A stretch of DNA of 63,999 bases, filler included, from Sphacelaria rigidula (GCA_964200075.2; 6 parts of 6 records of this genome joined end to end with filler, not necessarily neighbours in it), one strand, 5' to 3'. Positions 24,360 through 38,529 are shown, numbered from the whole stretch's first letter. Made by a program: numbers and translations. Notes: generated from the letters alone by a model not told the origin.

Positions 24360-26440
24360 ATCTCACGAGGGTGGTAGGAGTGTCTTGAGCCACTTCGTGC
24401 ATGAAGGTGCCACTTTGGAACGTCGCTGCGTGGAGAAATATCCGCTTGATGCGCTTGTTATCAACATAGTGGGGTTTTTCAAACGACTTCGGTTCTTGAA
24501 TGGATACTTCGTCCTTGGATCTTCAGAAGCTTTGGCATGGATTTCAAGAAGTTGTTCGTGCATTCATCTGCTTACCTGTGCCGTGATTATCTGCATTACC
24601 TACATTAACTGCATGTCATTCTTTGGTTGCGTGAGTTTGAGTACTTTCGGGGCGAACGGGCAAGTGGTAGCCGTCAGCCACCTACCGCCATGAAATTTCC
24701 TCGACAAATGACGCAGTGGTGATCGCCTCTTGTTGCTTGTATTCGTTCGCGATCAATCTCACGCTTTTCAATGGCCGTGCTGCGCCCGCGGTTGCTGAGT
24801 TGGTCTCAATGTCGAACGAGGGCGATTAGCGTGTCCTACGTTTTTACCAAACACTGTCGCGAACAAACGAAACACCTTCTGAGTGCCCCCTACACGAGCC
24901 TACCCCAACGATGAAGTAGATGCCATCCATTGCGAAGTTTCCTCACCTGTAGAACGGTCTCATGATCTCCAGCGCGATGACATGAGGCATCAACGCCAGC
25001 ACCAAGGAAAAGAGTGCGCAAAATATCAGTTCCAGGGGGCGCTCGTCCTGACTTTTGGCAGACCAGACCGGGCTCCATTTCTTTTGCGTCGATTCACTGC
25101 TGGGGACGAGATGATTGCAGGGTACTATCAATTTAAAAAGAAAAAGGGAGCGGATAACTACAGTGTAACATTCAGCAAGGACGGAATGATCTGCGCGGTT
25201 TGGAGGCCTTGTGGCACAACCCAGACCGCGACTTCTTCAACCCCCCTTCTCATAAGGCAGTGACCCGGATCCCGCTTCTTTTTCGCAACTGCCAAACCTA
25301 ACCCTCATCATCCTGCGATGAAAATAGGGTGAGGAAGAACCGAGGGAGGCCGACAGGACTACTTGCAAAAAATGATACTATCGCCACCACATTGTTTCAA
25401 ACACAATTCTCAGGAAAAAGCGCGGAGTACCATCCAATTTTCAACACGGGTAATGTATCGCACGTGTTGCGCATGCTCTCATCTGACGAAGCGAATGATC
25501 TTCGAACGAACATTCTTTTTTTCAGCAGGACAAACACGGCCGGTCATGCCCTCTTCCACGCTCTTACGCAGAGTGTCCAACAGTGGTAGCTGCAAAAATG
25601 ACACTACAGCAACACAGAGCCTATTGAGACTGATAATGTTTTCGAATATGTACGTAGCACTCACGTTCCAGGACAACCTTGGCTGTCGAGTGGCGGCGTC
25701 TTCTCCGCCACGCACTCAGCTTGGTCACCGGAGTGTCCCTGGCCACTCGTTGCGTCCATCGTGGCTTTATCACCAACTACCCCTCGCTTAACCCTGGAAA
25801 TGACGCTATCTCCGTGCTTTGCCAGTCCCTCTAATATCTTGAGCACTGCCTTAGCGTATTCGTCTTTGCTGTTTTTCACACAAAATTGAAAGGGAGGAAA
25901 CAGACGAGAGTGGAGTGAGCAGATCTTCGACGCTGCGTCTACCACACGCGTGTAGTTTCAACAGCATTTGCTTTTTATGTTCCTACCTTCGACACTGTTC
26001 GCCATTGCATTCGTGTCGCCGGGGTGGGCAAGGGGCTCTACATGGCATCGAAAAGGTAATATGCAGCATGCACTTCCCCACACGGTGTAAGTACTGGCGT
26101 GACCGAAACGCGCGTAAACACAGGCTTGTGTCCCCTCTGACGAATTGCTGCTGTTATTGTTCAACCGTGGTTCACGCCGAACCAAAATATTGCAACAGGG
26201 CTCTACTTATCTCTGCTTGGACATGAAATGTCGAGATTCTCCCAAAACAATGGCAACAAAGTTCGATACAGTATGACTGTTGCAACACAGATCCATGCAC
26301 ACATACCTTGTGAGGTGCCTGGGTAGTTCCGGGTGCACGAGGTCGATCTCTTCACGGAAGACGAAGTAGGTTCGCGTGCGATTCGCCATTCCAAGGGTCA
26401 CCACGTCCTCTACCCTGCCGTCCGTGAGTTTCGACAACAA
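24360..26440 (-). pseudogene. Possible degraded multi-exon gene remnants, family unknown
   Basis: Protein-like segments (…GRVEDVVTLGMANRTRTYFVFREEIDLVHPELPRHLTR ending at gtatgt; KNSKDEYAKAVLKILEGLAKHG; EKREIDRERIQ…HCVICRG) interrupted by stops. Confidence 0.25.
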
Positions 26441-27420
26441 AAACGGTGTTTGACTTCGACCTCCACGTCACAAACTTATGAGACAGCATTTGGCCTACTG
26501 CTGTGATTGAGCACGACATACGCGGTGTTCAACAGCGGTTTTCATCTACCCCACGGGCGTCACGTACTCTTTTCGGTTTGGATGTACAATACAGTAGTCA
26601 GTCATACTGCTCAAAGTCTGCAAGTCATTGAAGGCGTCACTGAAGCGTACGGTAGACCAGGTGGGTGGGAGAGATATGCAGGAAGTGTGACTACTGTTTT
26701 TCTACTGACCAGATTGACTCTGGCAGTTCAGTGAGTCATGCAACCGTTCGGAGATTACATGTGCAACTATTCTGGAGACCCGAACGAAGATCGGCAACTC
26801 GTCAGACGTACAGAAGACTGCGCTTGGATTACAGTAACCTCTAAGCGCAAAGAGGTGTTTTCAACAGACGATTGGATCGAAATGCCTATCCGGCAATCGC
26901 CATCACTGCTGGTGGAGCTGGAGCTCGTCGCCTACCGTGTGTTCACGCACATGGCGTGCTGTTACCGCAGACTCGCATTGACATAAAACAACGGGTTTTC
27001 GTTGTCCCCTCTACTGCACTGAGCAAGGAATCCTAAAATATCAAGGGGGGGGTGGAATATTTTTCGTGATACAGTAGCATCATTATTCCTGGCAAAATGC
27101 TGCTCGACGTATCAGGTGTTCTGCGGGTGACGCGTGCTTATGTTCAAATACGACCCGGTACACGCAGGTAGCGGGTGGCAAATTCTTCACTTGAATATGC
27201 ACACGGGCAGCGCTGACTTGGAGTGACCTGTCGTTTACCTCTTGTAGTAGCCCACTACCGTCTTAAATAAACGGTGATCAACATTTTTCGCCAGATCGCA
27301 GCAGCAGTATCGTCCAATGGTGGCAGTTCGGTACTATAAAAGGCAGTGTCTTTTCAAATTGTTTTCGTGTCGGAAAGGTGCGGTCGAATCGAATTCGCTC
27401 GTTTCTGATTCGTCCACCCT

Positions 27421-27810
27421 GTTGGACTCTCATCGGAGCCGTTCAAAATTCCTGTCCAAAATTACCTCTTTGGCCCTTCTCCGTCGTTTTACGCCTGAAA
27501 AGAGGGTTAGGCGGATGTTGACGCCTCGGGATGACTTGCTCTACTCATTGAGGCCGTTCGAGGGCAACCTTGCATTTCCCGCTGGCCGCACTTTCATTTT
27601 TGGCCAAACACGGATTTCCAACAAAAAACGGTCAAGCGATTAGAAAACAGGGGGAAATGCAAAGCTGCCCTAGAACGGCCTCAACGGGTAGAGCAAATCA
27701 TTCCAAGGCGTCAACATCCGCCTTGCCCTCTCTTCGGGCGTAAATCGACGGAGAAGGGCCAAAAAGTACTTTTGAACAGGAATTTTGAACGGCTGCCATG
27801 AGAGTTGGCC
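27421..27810. mobile_element. Tourist/Harbinger-like fold-back MITE, left end eroded
   Basis: actctcat…gccgttcaaaattcctg / caggaattttgaacggc…atgagagttggcc followed by TAA. Confidence 0.8.
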
Positions 27811-27813
27811 TAA

Positions 27814-27990
27814 GGCCAACTCTTGTGGGAGCGTTTGAAATTTTAATTTTTCAACAATTTCAGAGGAGTTTTTTCTTCTTCGTCATCATGGTTAACGGGC
27901 ACAAAATACACAACTGCGGCAAAGAGAAAAAAAGAAGTCGTTCAAAATTATTGCAAAATAAAATTCTAAACGCTCCCATAAGAGTTGGCC
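27814..27990. mobile_element. Tourist/Harbinger-like MITE with perfect TAA TSD
   Basis: taa-ggccaactcttgtgggagcgttt…aaacgctcccataagagttggcc-taa. Confidence 0.9.
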
Positions 27991-28235
27991 TAAGGTGGGG
28001 TTTGAAAACTTACTTCTCTGAAAAAAGTCTCTGAGGAAACTCGTCCGTCCGAAGTTATTTTAGTGGCTTTTTTAAGTCTATATAAAGCGGCCTTATTCTT
28101 GCAGTGGAGGTCAAAGCCAAAACAGGTGGTATCCACGTTTCTACTGGAAAGTGACTATAGCGCAATCTCATGCAGTCGAATGTACTACATTCCACCGACG
28201 AAGTATCAAGTAGGTGCTGTAAAACTTTCTCCCCC

Positions 28236-28435
28236 TGTGATGCGTGGGAGGACCGCGTGCTTAGAGGACCGCATCGTAGTTACAAACACCCCAGGATCGA
28301 CGTTTTTCAAAACCAATCAGGCCAGACCCTACAGGGACCATGCGCCTGACCCCTAACCCCAACACTAATCCTTACCATAGGGGTGTCTAAAACCCGATGC
28401 GGTCCCCTAAGCACGTGGTCCTCCCGCGGATTACC
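28236..28435. mobile_element. MITE with internal telomere-like repeats
   Basis: IR gggaggaccgcgtgcttagaggaccgcatcg / cgatgcggtcccctaagcacgtggtcctccc around ccctaaccccaacactaatcc. Confidence 0.8.
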
Positions 28436-30357
28436 CTCCCTTTCCCCTTTCATATCGCCATTCATGTGATATTTGCTCTTCGTGTACTGGAATGGGAACG
28501 AACGCACACACTCTTCGCTGCTACTGATTGAAGCGGTGGGACTGACACGACAAACCTCCTCGGCATCGTTTCATGATTCGCCCGTGTCTCACCTTGCGGG
28601 TGCTGAGCAGCCTCCGTCAACAAACAGCATGATACTCGCTCTCCTTCTCGAAGCCAACAGAAGCCCGAGAGCCATCAAGCCCGATTTCATCACATCCCCC
28701 CTGGAACCCAATCCCAAACCCATCATGGCTTCGTCTCCGCAGGCCTAAACGAGCAACGTAACCGATACCGCAAGGATCAACAGCGGTAGAGTACGCTCTG
28801 GCTGGAAGTAGATGTGGTTTGTTAACAGACTCCCACGCACACATGACGACTAAATTAACCCATACTGCGTACATTCAGCGTGCGATTCGATACAGTCACC
28901 ACGATCTCGTCTGCTCTCGGCTACGCGGCGTGGCTCAACAGGCAAGCTCGAAAGCTACAGCACGGGAGTACAGATAGATAAAGAGCAGAGAGCATCTACG
29001 GCAGTAGTCTTTGCAAGGGACTGGCTCTATTGTATCGCTCAAGCTGTAACTGGGTATTGTTCAACGTCTCCCGCAGTACTATGGTCATCCTACCCAACTA
29101 TCCTGCGAGAGAACGAAATTTTGTACGAGTAGAGTGCCACTTCGGAGAAAATAATAGGTGCCCCCGTCTCCCAGTTTCCCAAGCTAGTTGTGATTCGCAC
29201 ATCTTACGGAGGGGGGAGGGGGGGGGAATGAATGGTGTGAATTAAAAGAAGCCGCTGATCGCCAGAGTATATCTACGAGATATATGAGAGCGTTCCTCAG
29301 TGCAGGCATACCGGCAGGTCTTACATCAGTCTACGTTACTTGCCATATTCACCAGCTAACAGGACTGGGCGGAGGAACTCAAGCTGGGTAACATTTCCAT
29401 TCTCTCACAAGTGAATCGGTTGTGCTGGTAAAGGATGACACATGCATGCCGCTTGACGGGACCGGCACATGCAGTGCAGTACACGCGGTGTGCATATACC
29501 CTCTCGACCTACATGCAATTGGATTTGCTCAGGCCTCAACAATCATAGGGTGAGTTATTTCCCAAAGGGGAAATTTCTGTCTGTAAATCTATATTGTGTA
29601 CACATTTTCAACACCCCGATCTTCCAGTTCTCCCGCAGTAGTTATTATGTGCGCTTGTTCTGTCCCCCAGGCATCTCCGCCTCACAGTGCAGCAGTACAG
29701 ACTGAATGAACCGTGCGCTCATCTATGGTATATGGTCGTCTCTGTATAAATGTCACATACCTGTAGAGGGTCACATACCATAGCAGTGCATAGAGTTTTC
29801 CACTAATGTTGCTGTGTCTCTTTACTGCACATCGAGTACGGTCCTATGCTGCGGCATGAAACTCACTTGTTTTTCTTGACGTGTTTTCACCCTGCACCGC
29901 CCTGACCGACACAGACAGTACCGCGGTACTACTGTGATGCTATAGTCCTCGCCCTTTTGCGGATGAGTATTTCCAGTGAAGAGCTGCTGCTGTCCCGTCC
30001 CTCCAGGCCCAGCTGTGTGGCGTTCACTGGATCTATGCGTAGGATGAGTTGCTGCTATGAAGCTCGCGTGTGTTATGCTGTGCCTGTGTGTGTAAAAGAT
30101 TACAGTCAGTGTAGCACAACATGCTGCAAATCTCGACAACGAAAAGCCTCTGCATTCTTCGGGCGAATGACGGACCACCCGTGAAGAATTTTCCAAGGTT
30201 TTGTTCTGTAGGGTATATACCGGACAGCGGAACGTTCTTGGTGGGCGTACTGGACGTATCTCAAACTCGAGGTTCCCGAAATATTCAACCGTGAATATAC
30301 CGGGAATCTCGAATTTGAGATACCTCTTCTACCAAACCACACCGAGCTGTGTTCCTT

Positions 30358-30500
30358 ACAGGGTTACACATCGGATATCGATAATCGATACGATTTCGAT
30401 ACAACTTGTGTGGCCCAGTATCGGTATCGGAGCGTAGAAACCGATATATGTAACACTTAATAATCGAAGATCAATATCAAATGTCGATACGCTCGATATT
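30358..30500. mobile_element. hAT-like MITE remnant with ATCGAT/CGATA subterminal motifs
   Basis: gggttacacatcgg…ccgatatatgtaacac imperfect IR with clustered atcgat motifs. Confidence 0.5.
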
Positions 30501-30949
30501 TGCCCCCCCCTGTTCGTCACATTAGCTCAATCTTCTCTCGAAACCGTCGTCACAGAAAATGTAGGGGGGTGGTATTTCCCGAACGGCAGACCCCCAGTTG
30601 ATTCAGCCCCACCCCCCGCCACTCTACAAGGTCGCCTGCACACACCACACGCCACGAGTAAAGCTGTAGAGCGGTTGCACGGTGTGCAAATATATGCAGT
30701 ATCTATTCGTAGGATAGGAGGCGACAGAGGAACCGCTGGTGCCTCGTGGGTTTGGTGATATGATTCAGCGGGGGTGTTTACCAACGGCAACATACGGGTG
30801 GCGTGGCGGAGTAGATATGAGGTCACGATCACTGCAAAGCTGCAGATAACAGTAGAAACAGCTGTTCTTCGGAGTATGAGAAAATGGTAGTATCGCTTCG
30901 CCTTTCCTTCATGTTTGACGAGTGTTGGATTTGTTTTTCCCTCCACCCA

Positions 30950-31185
30950 TTGTTGTGTGTTTGTTGCCATACCATCTATTCTGGACGCCGGTCTACACCT
31001 TTTCGGTATATATATGTAGGCGCACCAGCCGGGGTCACACAGGAGGAAGGCCAACACACGAGGTTTTTATTTTTTATTTGTTTAAGTTCTTCACCTTCCT
31101 TCTGCGGTGCTTGCCTATATATTGTTTCGCGAGAGGGTTTCAGCAGTCCATTTCCCTCGTCGTCGATGGTGAAGTCGATTTTTTC
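30950..31185 (-). mobile_element. SINE family A, 5'-truncated
   Basis: Reverse complement of the family A 3' half (ctggacgcc…ccggggtcacacaggaggaagg…ccttctgcgg). Confidence 0.85.
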
Positions 31186-34100
31186 CATTGGTCTGGACAT
31201 TCTAATTGTTGCAAGCTTCATGGTTTTTCCTTCTTGGTTGGTGGCATCCAAATCTATGTTGCTTGGCATCGAAAAATTAAGATTTGACGCATGCTGCCGA
31301 CGTTTCCTGTTATTGGTGGTGAAAAGCGCTGAAAAAAAAAGAGCGCGCATTTGAGTTTGTGCATGTTCGAGGTTTGACACGTTTTCTTTTCCGATGTATG
31401 TGCAGAGTCGAGGTATGCGCTCATTTGGTCGAAACACACAGAATAGCGGCCGTAGAAATGAAAACAGCATAACCAGTACCACACCCGGCCCGCTGTGATC
31501 AACTACCTCTTGCACGATGACGAAATATATTTATTAGACAGTTGCATCACCGCATGCCGCCGCTGCTATGATGTCAATTTGCACACTACCCGCTGCTGTA
31601 CATCACGTGTCCACTGCTATCCACTGGAAACTACCGTAGGTTGCTCAAGATATCACACCCTCAGGAGCGATTTTTAAAGCTCGATTACTTTCTCTCGACG
31701 AGATGATTGCAACGCTGCCCAGCTCAGCCCTGACATCGCTTCTGGTGACGAGTAAGCGAGCTTCGAAAATCTGTCTAGGGGATGTGGTACTATATGCGAC
31801 CTACAATAGTGAGTGAGGGTGTCAGTGTGCCAGTGTGCTGCTCGGTCTTGCACACTGAGATCACACCAAAACAGCTATTATTATTATTATTATTTTATCA
31901 TCAATATTATTAATAGCCAAAATGATGTCCCGTTCGATACTGGGATCAAGTGACNNNNNNNNNNNNNNNNNNNNNNNNNNNNNNNNNNNNNNNNNNNNTT
32001 AATTAATTAANNNNNNNNNNNNNNNNNNNNNNNNNNNNNNNNNNNNNNNNNNNNGTTTTAGGCTTGAGCCTCATCTCGAAGTTAAACCTCAATTCTCACA
32101 ATTTGTTGTTAAGAGGAGTCTACGAAGGACTTCAAAACGTGGTGAGAGCTGCGTGGCAAGAGGTGCTGTGGTCGCCATAGTGTTGTGACAACGCTCATCT
32201 TGGTGTACGGGAAGAGTTGCAGGTTCTGTGCTTGGGAGGCAGCTGAATATTTTTCAACATTTTATGCAACTTTTGACATGGCAAGGCTCAGGATCAAGCA
32301 CCTAATTGTGCCAAGCACACAGAAACTGTCGTCAGCGGCTGGCCGGCGCGCCGCGGCTGCGGCCGCCGCAGCGGGTAGTAGCGGTTCTGGCTCGAAAAAG
32401 TCTCACAAACCTTGCCCCACCACACAAAAACTGTCGTCAGCGGCTGGCCGGCTGGCCGGCGCGCCGCGGCTGCAGCAGCCGCTGATGAGCCAAATAGCGA
32501 GCTCAACAAAATTCCAGTGCCCCGAGGCTGTCGGCGATGTGTGGCCCGACGTTGTCAATTGTGCGATGCTTATGATCCTACGGCGGGAACAAGAACAGCT
32601 CCACAGGAATCTCTGCTTCAAGGGGAGGTGAATTCCAAGTTGACATATTTAGATCCGCACGATAGACTTGTGTTTGATAACCAGCGTGTAGCTGAGGACA
32701 CGCCTTGCATGCTCGAAGCTGCAGGGGGGGGGTGTTATTCGCGTCATGCGGACGAGCAAAGCGAGCTTGGGACTCGCCATGCTCATGGCAAATCTGTGTA
32801 CGCCGACGATATGGCGGGAGATGGTTTAGATGATTCGCAGGGGTGTCTGCTCTTGGAGGAGAGCTGGATGCACAGTTGGCAGAGTTGCCGCCGGAGCAGC
32901 GTGGCGCTGTGGACACGCCGTGCATGCTGGAAGCAGCAGGGGTGTGTGACCCGCGTGAAGCGGGTAGGCAGAGCGAGCTTCAGGCTTGTGATGCTGTTAG
33001 CGGTCATAATTCCTACAGCGACGTCGAGCGCTGCGTAGTGTTGGAGGTGGTCGTATGCACTGCTATTTACATTGACAGATTTGTCGTGCTTGGCGGCGTT
33101 GATCGACGTGTCTATGCCGCTGCACGGTCAGGTGCTTGAGGAGGATGGTGTGATACCATCGGGAGGTGTTGCTGTGCGGGACTGTATGGCTGTTCCCCTT
33201 TCGCCTCCCGTTTCCTCTGAAGAATCGACTGAAGCACGAGCTTTCGCTGATGCTCAAGCATCTGTGGGGGCAGAGGATTTATCGCATTGGTTTGGCGGTG
33301 CGAGTACACCGTTTGGTGGAGTGCTCAGCGGCACTGTGGGGGTGCTACATGTAGCTGGATCGATGGTACACGGAGCGAGTGTTCGAATGGAAACGCTGGG
33401 CTATGGTGTGCATGAATTCGTGGCGCGACTGCTGCTGTTTCTCAGGAGCGGGCTGGAGGACTACAAAGAAGGCATTACCTGAGGTTCTTGCTGCTGTGGT
33501 GAGCGCCGCGTTGGGTGCTGAGCAAGTGCTGAGGTGATTGAGTTCTTGTTGAGAATGAGGAAACACATTATGACTGGTATTGGCGAATCGTTTTGAGCAT
33601 GATTGCAGCTCATCATTGTGTGGTTAGTGGCCATGATTGCGCATGAAACATTGTTGTTGAGCGAGTATGATCGTATCGCGTGTGAAGGGTGAAATTCTGG
33701 CTTACAGGATTTAGGATCTGTGTGTCTTGCTGATCTGGTTGGCACGGACGATGCATGGTGTTTACTAGGAGTAAGGTCGCATTGCATGTGTTGGGTGAAA
33801 TGCTGGCATGCATGTGTGGAATGTTCGCTATGTTATGTTAGTGCGCATGGTAACTGGCGAAGAGTCAGGGTGAGGAAATGTGCAATATACTGCTGTATGC
33901 TGCATAAGGTGAATATTCCTGCTCACACAGGCACGCGGCGGAGTTCTCCTTGTGCGGTTCGTGGGTCCTGACTGTAGGAAATGGTGATTGCTGCTGTTGG
34001 CGTTACAATGACCAGTAACTACGAAATGCGTAGGCTTGTATGCGCGCAAAGAAAACGCGAGTGTTGTTGTGGCTGAAGATGACTGATCTTTGGCTATGGA

Positions 34101-35179
34101 ACTTTTTTTAAGGGAATATTTGATTTCCGTCTGGAAGGAACATGTGGATGGAGTGTCCGTTTGTCTGAGGAAGCGGTGCAGGTGAGGTGCAAGTCTGCTG
34201 GGATATGAACTACATTTTGTACCGCGGTTGATCGACCGATAGGACATCACGGTCCTAAATTCAAGTTGGGATATTTCACCTGGGTGCTTTCTGGGATGTA
34301 CCCGGTACAAACGAGTGTGAGAACGATATCACTTCGGGTTATCAATGATGGAGGTCGAGGTCCATTTGTCGTTGTTGGATTGGTTTGCATGGCTTGAAAA
34401 GCGGTTTGAGCCATGGCTTTTAGTTTTTCAATATGCATGGGGATTTGAAATTTCAGCGAAAACAAGACGACGTAATACGTCCAGCAAAAAGATGACAATC
34501 TACGGCTGCTCCCGCAGTGTTTCATTCCCTCGGGTGCAGAAGGTCTCCGTACAATTCCAGCTCAAGAATCTTCGAATTGGGCCGTGCATGCAACATTTTG
34601 CGTGACGCTGCTGCACCCCACATATACCCAGTGGGGGGTTATTGCTGACGTGAACCCACCGCTTGAAACAAAAAGGGCGGAGTCCAAATGACCGGTGCAA
34701 GTGCAACTACACTCCTGATTTGATCCGACGATGAACGAGACACGTATTTTGGTTCACAAAAATATTTACACGAGATTGGATCGCATCTCTACACAGCTAG
34801 GTTGGTGTCTCGCCCCTCACCCTTATGTCGTGCCAATACCGTTCCACATCCTAGGTATCAAGTATGTACTGCCATGGTTGGGGGCAGGTGAGCTGGGGCA
34901 GGCAGGTTTGTTCATCTGCTTGTTTTTTGTTTTTTGTTGCTACCATTCGCTCATACTCATTGTAGCTCATGTATTCAACATAGCCAATGAAGTGACGTCA
35001 CGAAGTTGTCGACGGTCACGGTTACTCATCATACCCAAGTGATACTCTATACTCAAGTATTACTGAGAGTGCTTACTCAAAATTCAAGTAGAGTATTCGA
35101 GGTCGTACTCGATCTACTCAGATTCGAATAGAGTAGATAATTCAAGGCCATACTCAATCTACCCACCAATCGAGTAGAG

Positions 35180-35449
35180 AGCAATGCTACGGTGGGGGTT
35201 GCACTTTTTTAGCGAAAACGTTTCGGGGTTGCCACGGGGGTTGGACGGATCAATTTTGAGAATCGTCATCATCATAACTTGAAAAATACTAAAAGTGATG
35301 CCGATTCACGAAAAGACCCCTGCGTGCAAACACCATGTTTCTCGGAGTCCGGTCCCCGGATATTTGGGTTGCACAAGAAGCCCCAAATATTGGGCTCCTA
35401 CAAAATAGAGACCAAGAAACAAAAAGTGCAACCCCTGCCGTAGCATTGC
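35180..35449. mobile_element. MITE nested in a TACTC/GAGTA-rich element (~35040-35540)
   Basis: TIR agcaatgctacggtgggggttgcactttt / aaaagtgcaacccctgccgtagcattgct; flanks carry repeated tactc/gagta motifs. Confidence 0.8.
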
Positions 35450-35619
35450 TTTGGAGTATTCGAGGCCGCACTTGACATACTCAAAAACTTGCGTACAGTA
35501 AATACTCGGGTATTTTACTCGAGTATTCAAAAGTAGAGACTTTACTCGACCGTTCCTTGAAGAAATGGGTTTGGTTTCCGTCGCCGAGCACGTTGTTTTT
35601 TCTCCTTCAAAATGTATCA

Positions 35620-36270
35620 TTTTCAGCGTCAAAAATGTAAGGACGGGATGAGAGGTGGTTTGATGCCTTGAGACCACGGACCGACTTGTCACGAGGAGGA
35701 GGAGGGTTTTGATCGTGTGAAAAACAAATCGTTTGCCGATGGAACGTGCCAGAAACAGATCGTGTGCCGACAATATACTAGGTTAAGTAAAGTACGTGCC
35801 CAAATAGACGCCAGGAGAAATGTGCCGGCGATTCTGGCACGTATCATAGCTATATGATGGGAAGATGAAACGTTTGACGCCCACGCAGCCAAAGGAGGGC
35901 TACCTGCAGTGGAGTGAGGAGGCGTCGCAGCCAAGAAAGCGCTACCTGTAGTACAAACAGTACGACACGACTGGTGGCAGTGTGAGACTCGTGCATGTGG
36001 ATACTACCGACCCAGAAGACAACCTCACGCTACGCAGACGTCAAGATATTTCATCGTCTCATCATAGCGATCATACGTGGCAGAAGTGCCGGCACATTCT
36101 CTTCACCAAATGATCGGGCGCGTTCTTTGCTTGCCTGGTAATATATCGGCACACGATTTTGTTTCTCTCGCACAATCTGAACCCCTTACCCTCCTCGGAA
36201 CGAGTCCGTGATCTCAACCTTGGGATCGACCCATCTTCTCGCGCCTCATCAAGTTTTCGACGGTGGAATC
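35620..36270. mobile_element. Large diverged fold-back element
   Basis: Arms ~35620-35880 and ~36038-36270 are inverted copies (atcgtgtgccga/tcggcacacgat; aatgtgccggc/gccggcacatt). Confidence 0.7.
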
Positions 36271-36499
36271 CTAGATGTCGAAGTAAAATAAAAGAATCAG
36301 GCTGAAAAACAAAACCAAGTTATTTGCACCCTAACGGTGACAGCTTGACCGTTACTGACAATTACCCCACTGAGGGGCACTCGCGTATTATCATCATTCG
36401 AAAACGACGATCTTCGGCGCACGACCTTGAACTTTGAGGGAATTGTTTTACTCCAGGAAGACAGCACATAGGCCCATCATCGGATTAAACTTCACAGAG

Positions 36500-36832
36500 A
36501 TTTCGTCCCTTTCATTTTGATCATTCCATTTTTTTGTATTCGTTGTACTTTAAACCTCTTCCCTTCCTCAGGACGAGTCCGTGGTCTCAAGGGATCAAAC
36601 CACCTCTCCCCTGTACGCGCCTTGCATGTTGATCTCGCGGATAGGATCAGCACTCCCGCACCGTGCCAACTCACATCAAACTAACTCAGTCGACATCTCT
36701 GTTCACTCATGATCTCACACCTTCACGCTGGAAATCACATACTCCGAAGAAAAAGCCCAACGCACCAGGGATCGAACCTTCATTCTCTCCACACTAATGG
36801 CGACAGTCGGATCATTACACCACCGGGGCGAG
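36500..36832 (-). mobile_element. SINE family B
   Basis: Minus strand tcgccccggtggtgtaatg (A box)…ggttcgatccc (B box) followed by the family B body. Confidence 0.8.
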
Positions 36833-38529
36833 GTAAACTCTCCTTTGAGGGATTCGGAAAAATCTCAAGAATATTGCATCGCCTGAAGTTGGAGTAGTAA
36901 AAAGAAGGGTGGGCTAAAAAAATATACCTTCCAGCTTTTGCCTAACAAACGTACGAAAACGGACCAGAAACGCAAAAACAGCAAAACACACATCTTACCC
37001 GATATCCCTCTGAAGGTTTCACGCACAGCAATCGGGGGGCTCCTCGGCACCCGGGTCTTGAAAATAAAACAGGAGAAAGCATGTTACTCGCGAGATTTCA
37101 GCATGTGTAGAAGAGCATCTCGCCTCCAGAAACCACTTCCCCTTTCTAGGCCAAATTTCGGCTAGGAATAGACTAATGCCGAGAGGGCACCCCCACAAAA
37201 AGTGCACCGCATACCGTCCGACAAACCGGCTGCGATTCCACTCTTGCGCTTGTTTGCAGCAATTTCTCCCACATGAGAGGCGTGTAGCAGTCCGATTTCA
37301 GCTATAACGCCCAAATGAGTCGCGTCGTGCAGCACGGAACCAACTCAAGCGGCATTTATGACCATCGCCTCCGTGCACTTTTTTGGCCGGTTCGGGGGGG
37401 GGCTATCTCGGCAGCAGTCAACACCTGATGTAGGGATTCTTGTTCGACGGTATCTTATCTGGGCTACCAGTTGGCCCAGACAGTTACTGTCTTGGGCCGT
37501 CGCTTTCCGTACTGTACCTGATGCGGCACACCGCGTGCGAGGGAATTGACGTGCCAACTCCAACCATGGCGCCCACACATTCGGCTCTTTGCCCGCTCAT
37601 TTGCCGTCCACGAACGCCACAACGACCACACACACCCTTTTGTCCCCGGGACTGGTCTCCGAGTCGCGGAATATTCCCAATCAAGGGAATATGTATTTAT
37701 TGGGAGCGAAAGAATATCCAACTGCATTATTGAACTAAACTGAATGACACATCAGTCATGATACATTTGAGATGACGAACACCGGACAGGACCGGAAAGG
37801 CTCAGGGCTTGAAATGTCTGTATCGCTCATACCGAACATCGAAGCGACTGTCATTCAACACGCTGAGAGAGTGATAAGAAGACGCAGTAGCAGGTCTTCA
37901 GAACGGCGGCCAGAACATCGAGCTAGCTTGCTGTTCGATTGCAGGCAGTGCGAGTGTTGAAGGCGGTACAACTGGAACACTGTTGTGGATGCGCCTGACC
38001 CCCCAAAATCGGCAAAAAAAGTGTCACCGACCAAAATCACGAAGAGACACAAACAGATTGACTTCTGGGGCTTATGTAGACTCGTCGGGTAAAAAGTGCC
38101 TGAACAGAGTGGGGCCTTGGTAGACCCCAAATCTGCAACTGTGGCGCCAATTTCAACGAAAACACGTTCTGCTCACACGAGGAGTCCACGGGACCGTCAG
38201 TCCTTTTTAAATACCGATTCTCGTTGCACGCACCCAAATCGAGTAATATCAACCACGAACATTCGTAGCTCAACGCCGGTAACTGAAACCAGAACGCTGA
38301 ACCATTTATTTTTGGGAACGCGGATCGAAATTGGGGCAGAATCATGTGCTTAATATGCGACAGAACCGCATGTACTGATGAATTTCAACGGGCTCACTTT
38401 CCCTAGGGAATGTACGTTCTGCCCTCGCCCGAGGGTTCTCGGTATGCGTTGGATTGGGGTCAGGGTTATAGGGGTAGCGATACTTGTAAAATTGTGTCAC
38501 ATTTTCAAACGTAGCCTAACGACGGTCAA

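Noticed and set aside
32185..33482. Intact gene
   Set aside because: The overlapping ORFs are GC-rich with short internal duplications, and I found no recognisable motif or consistent frame.
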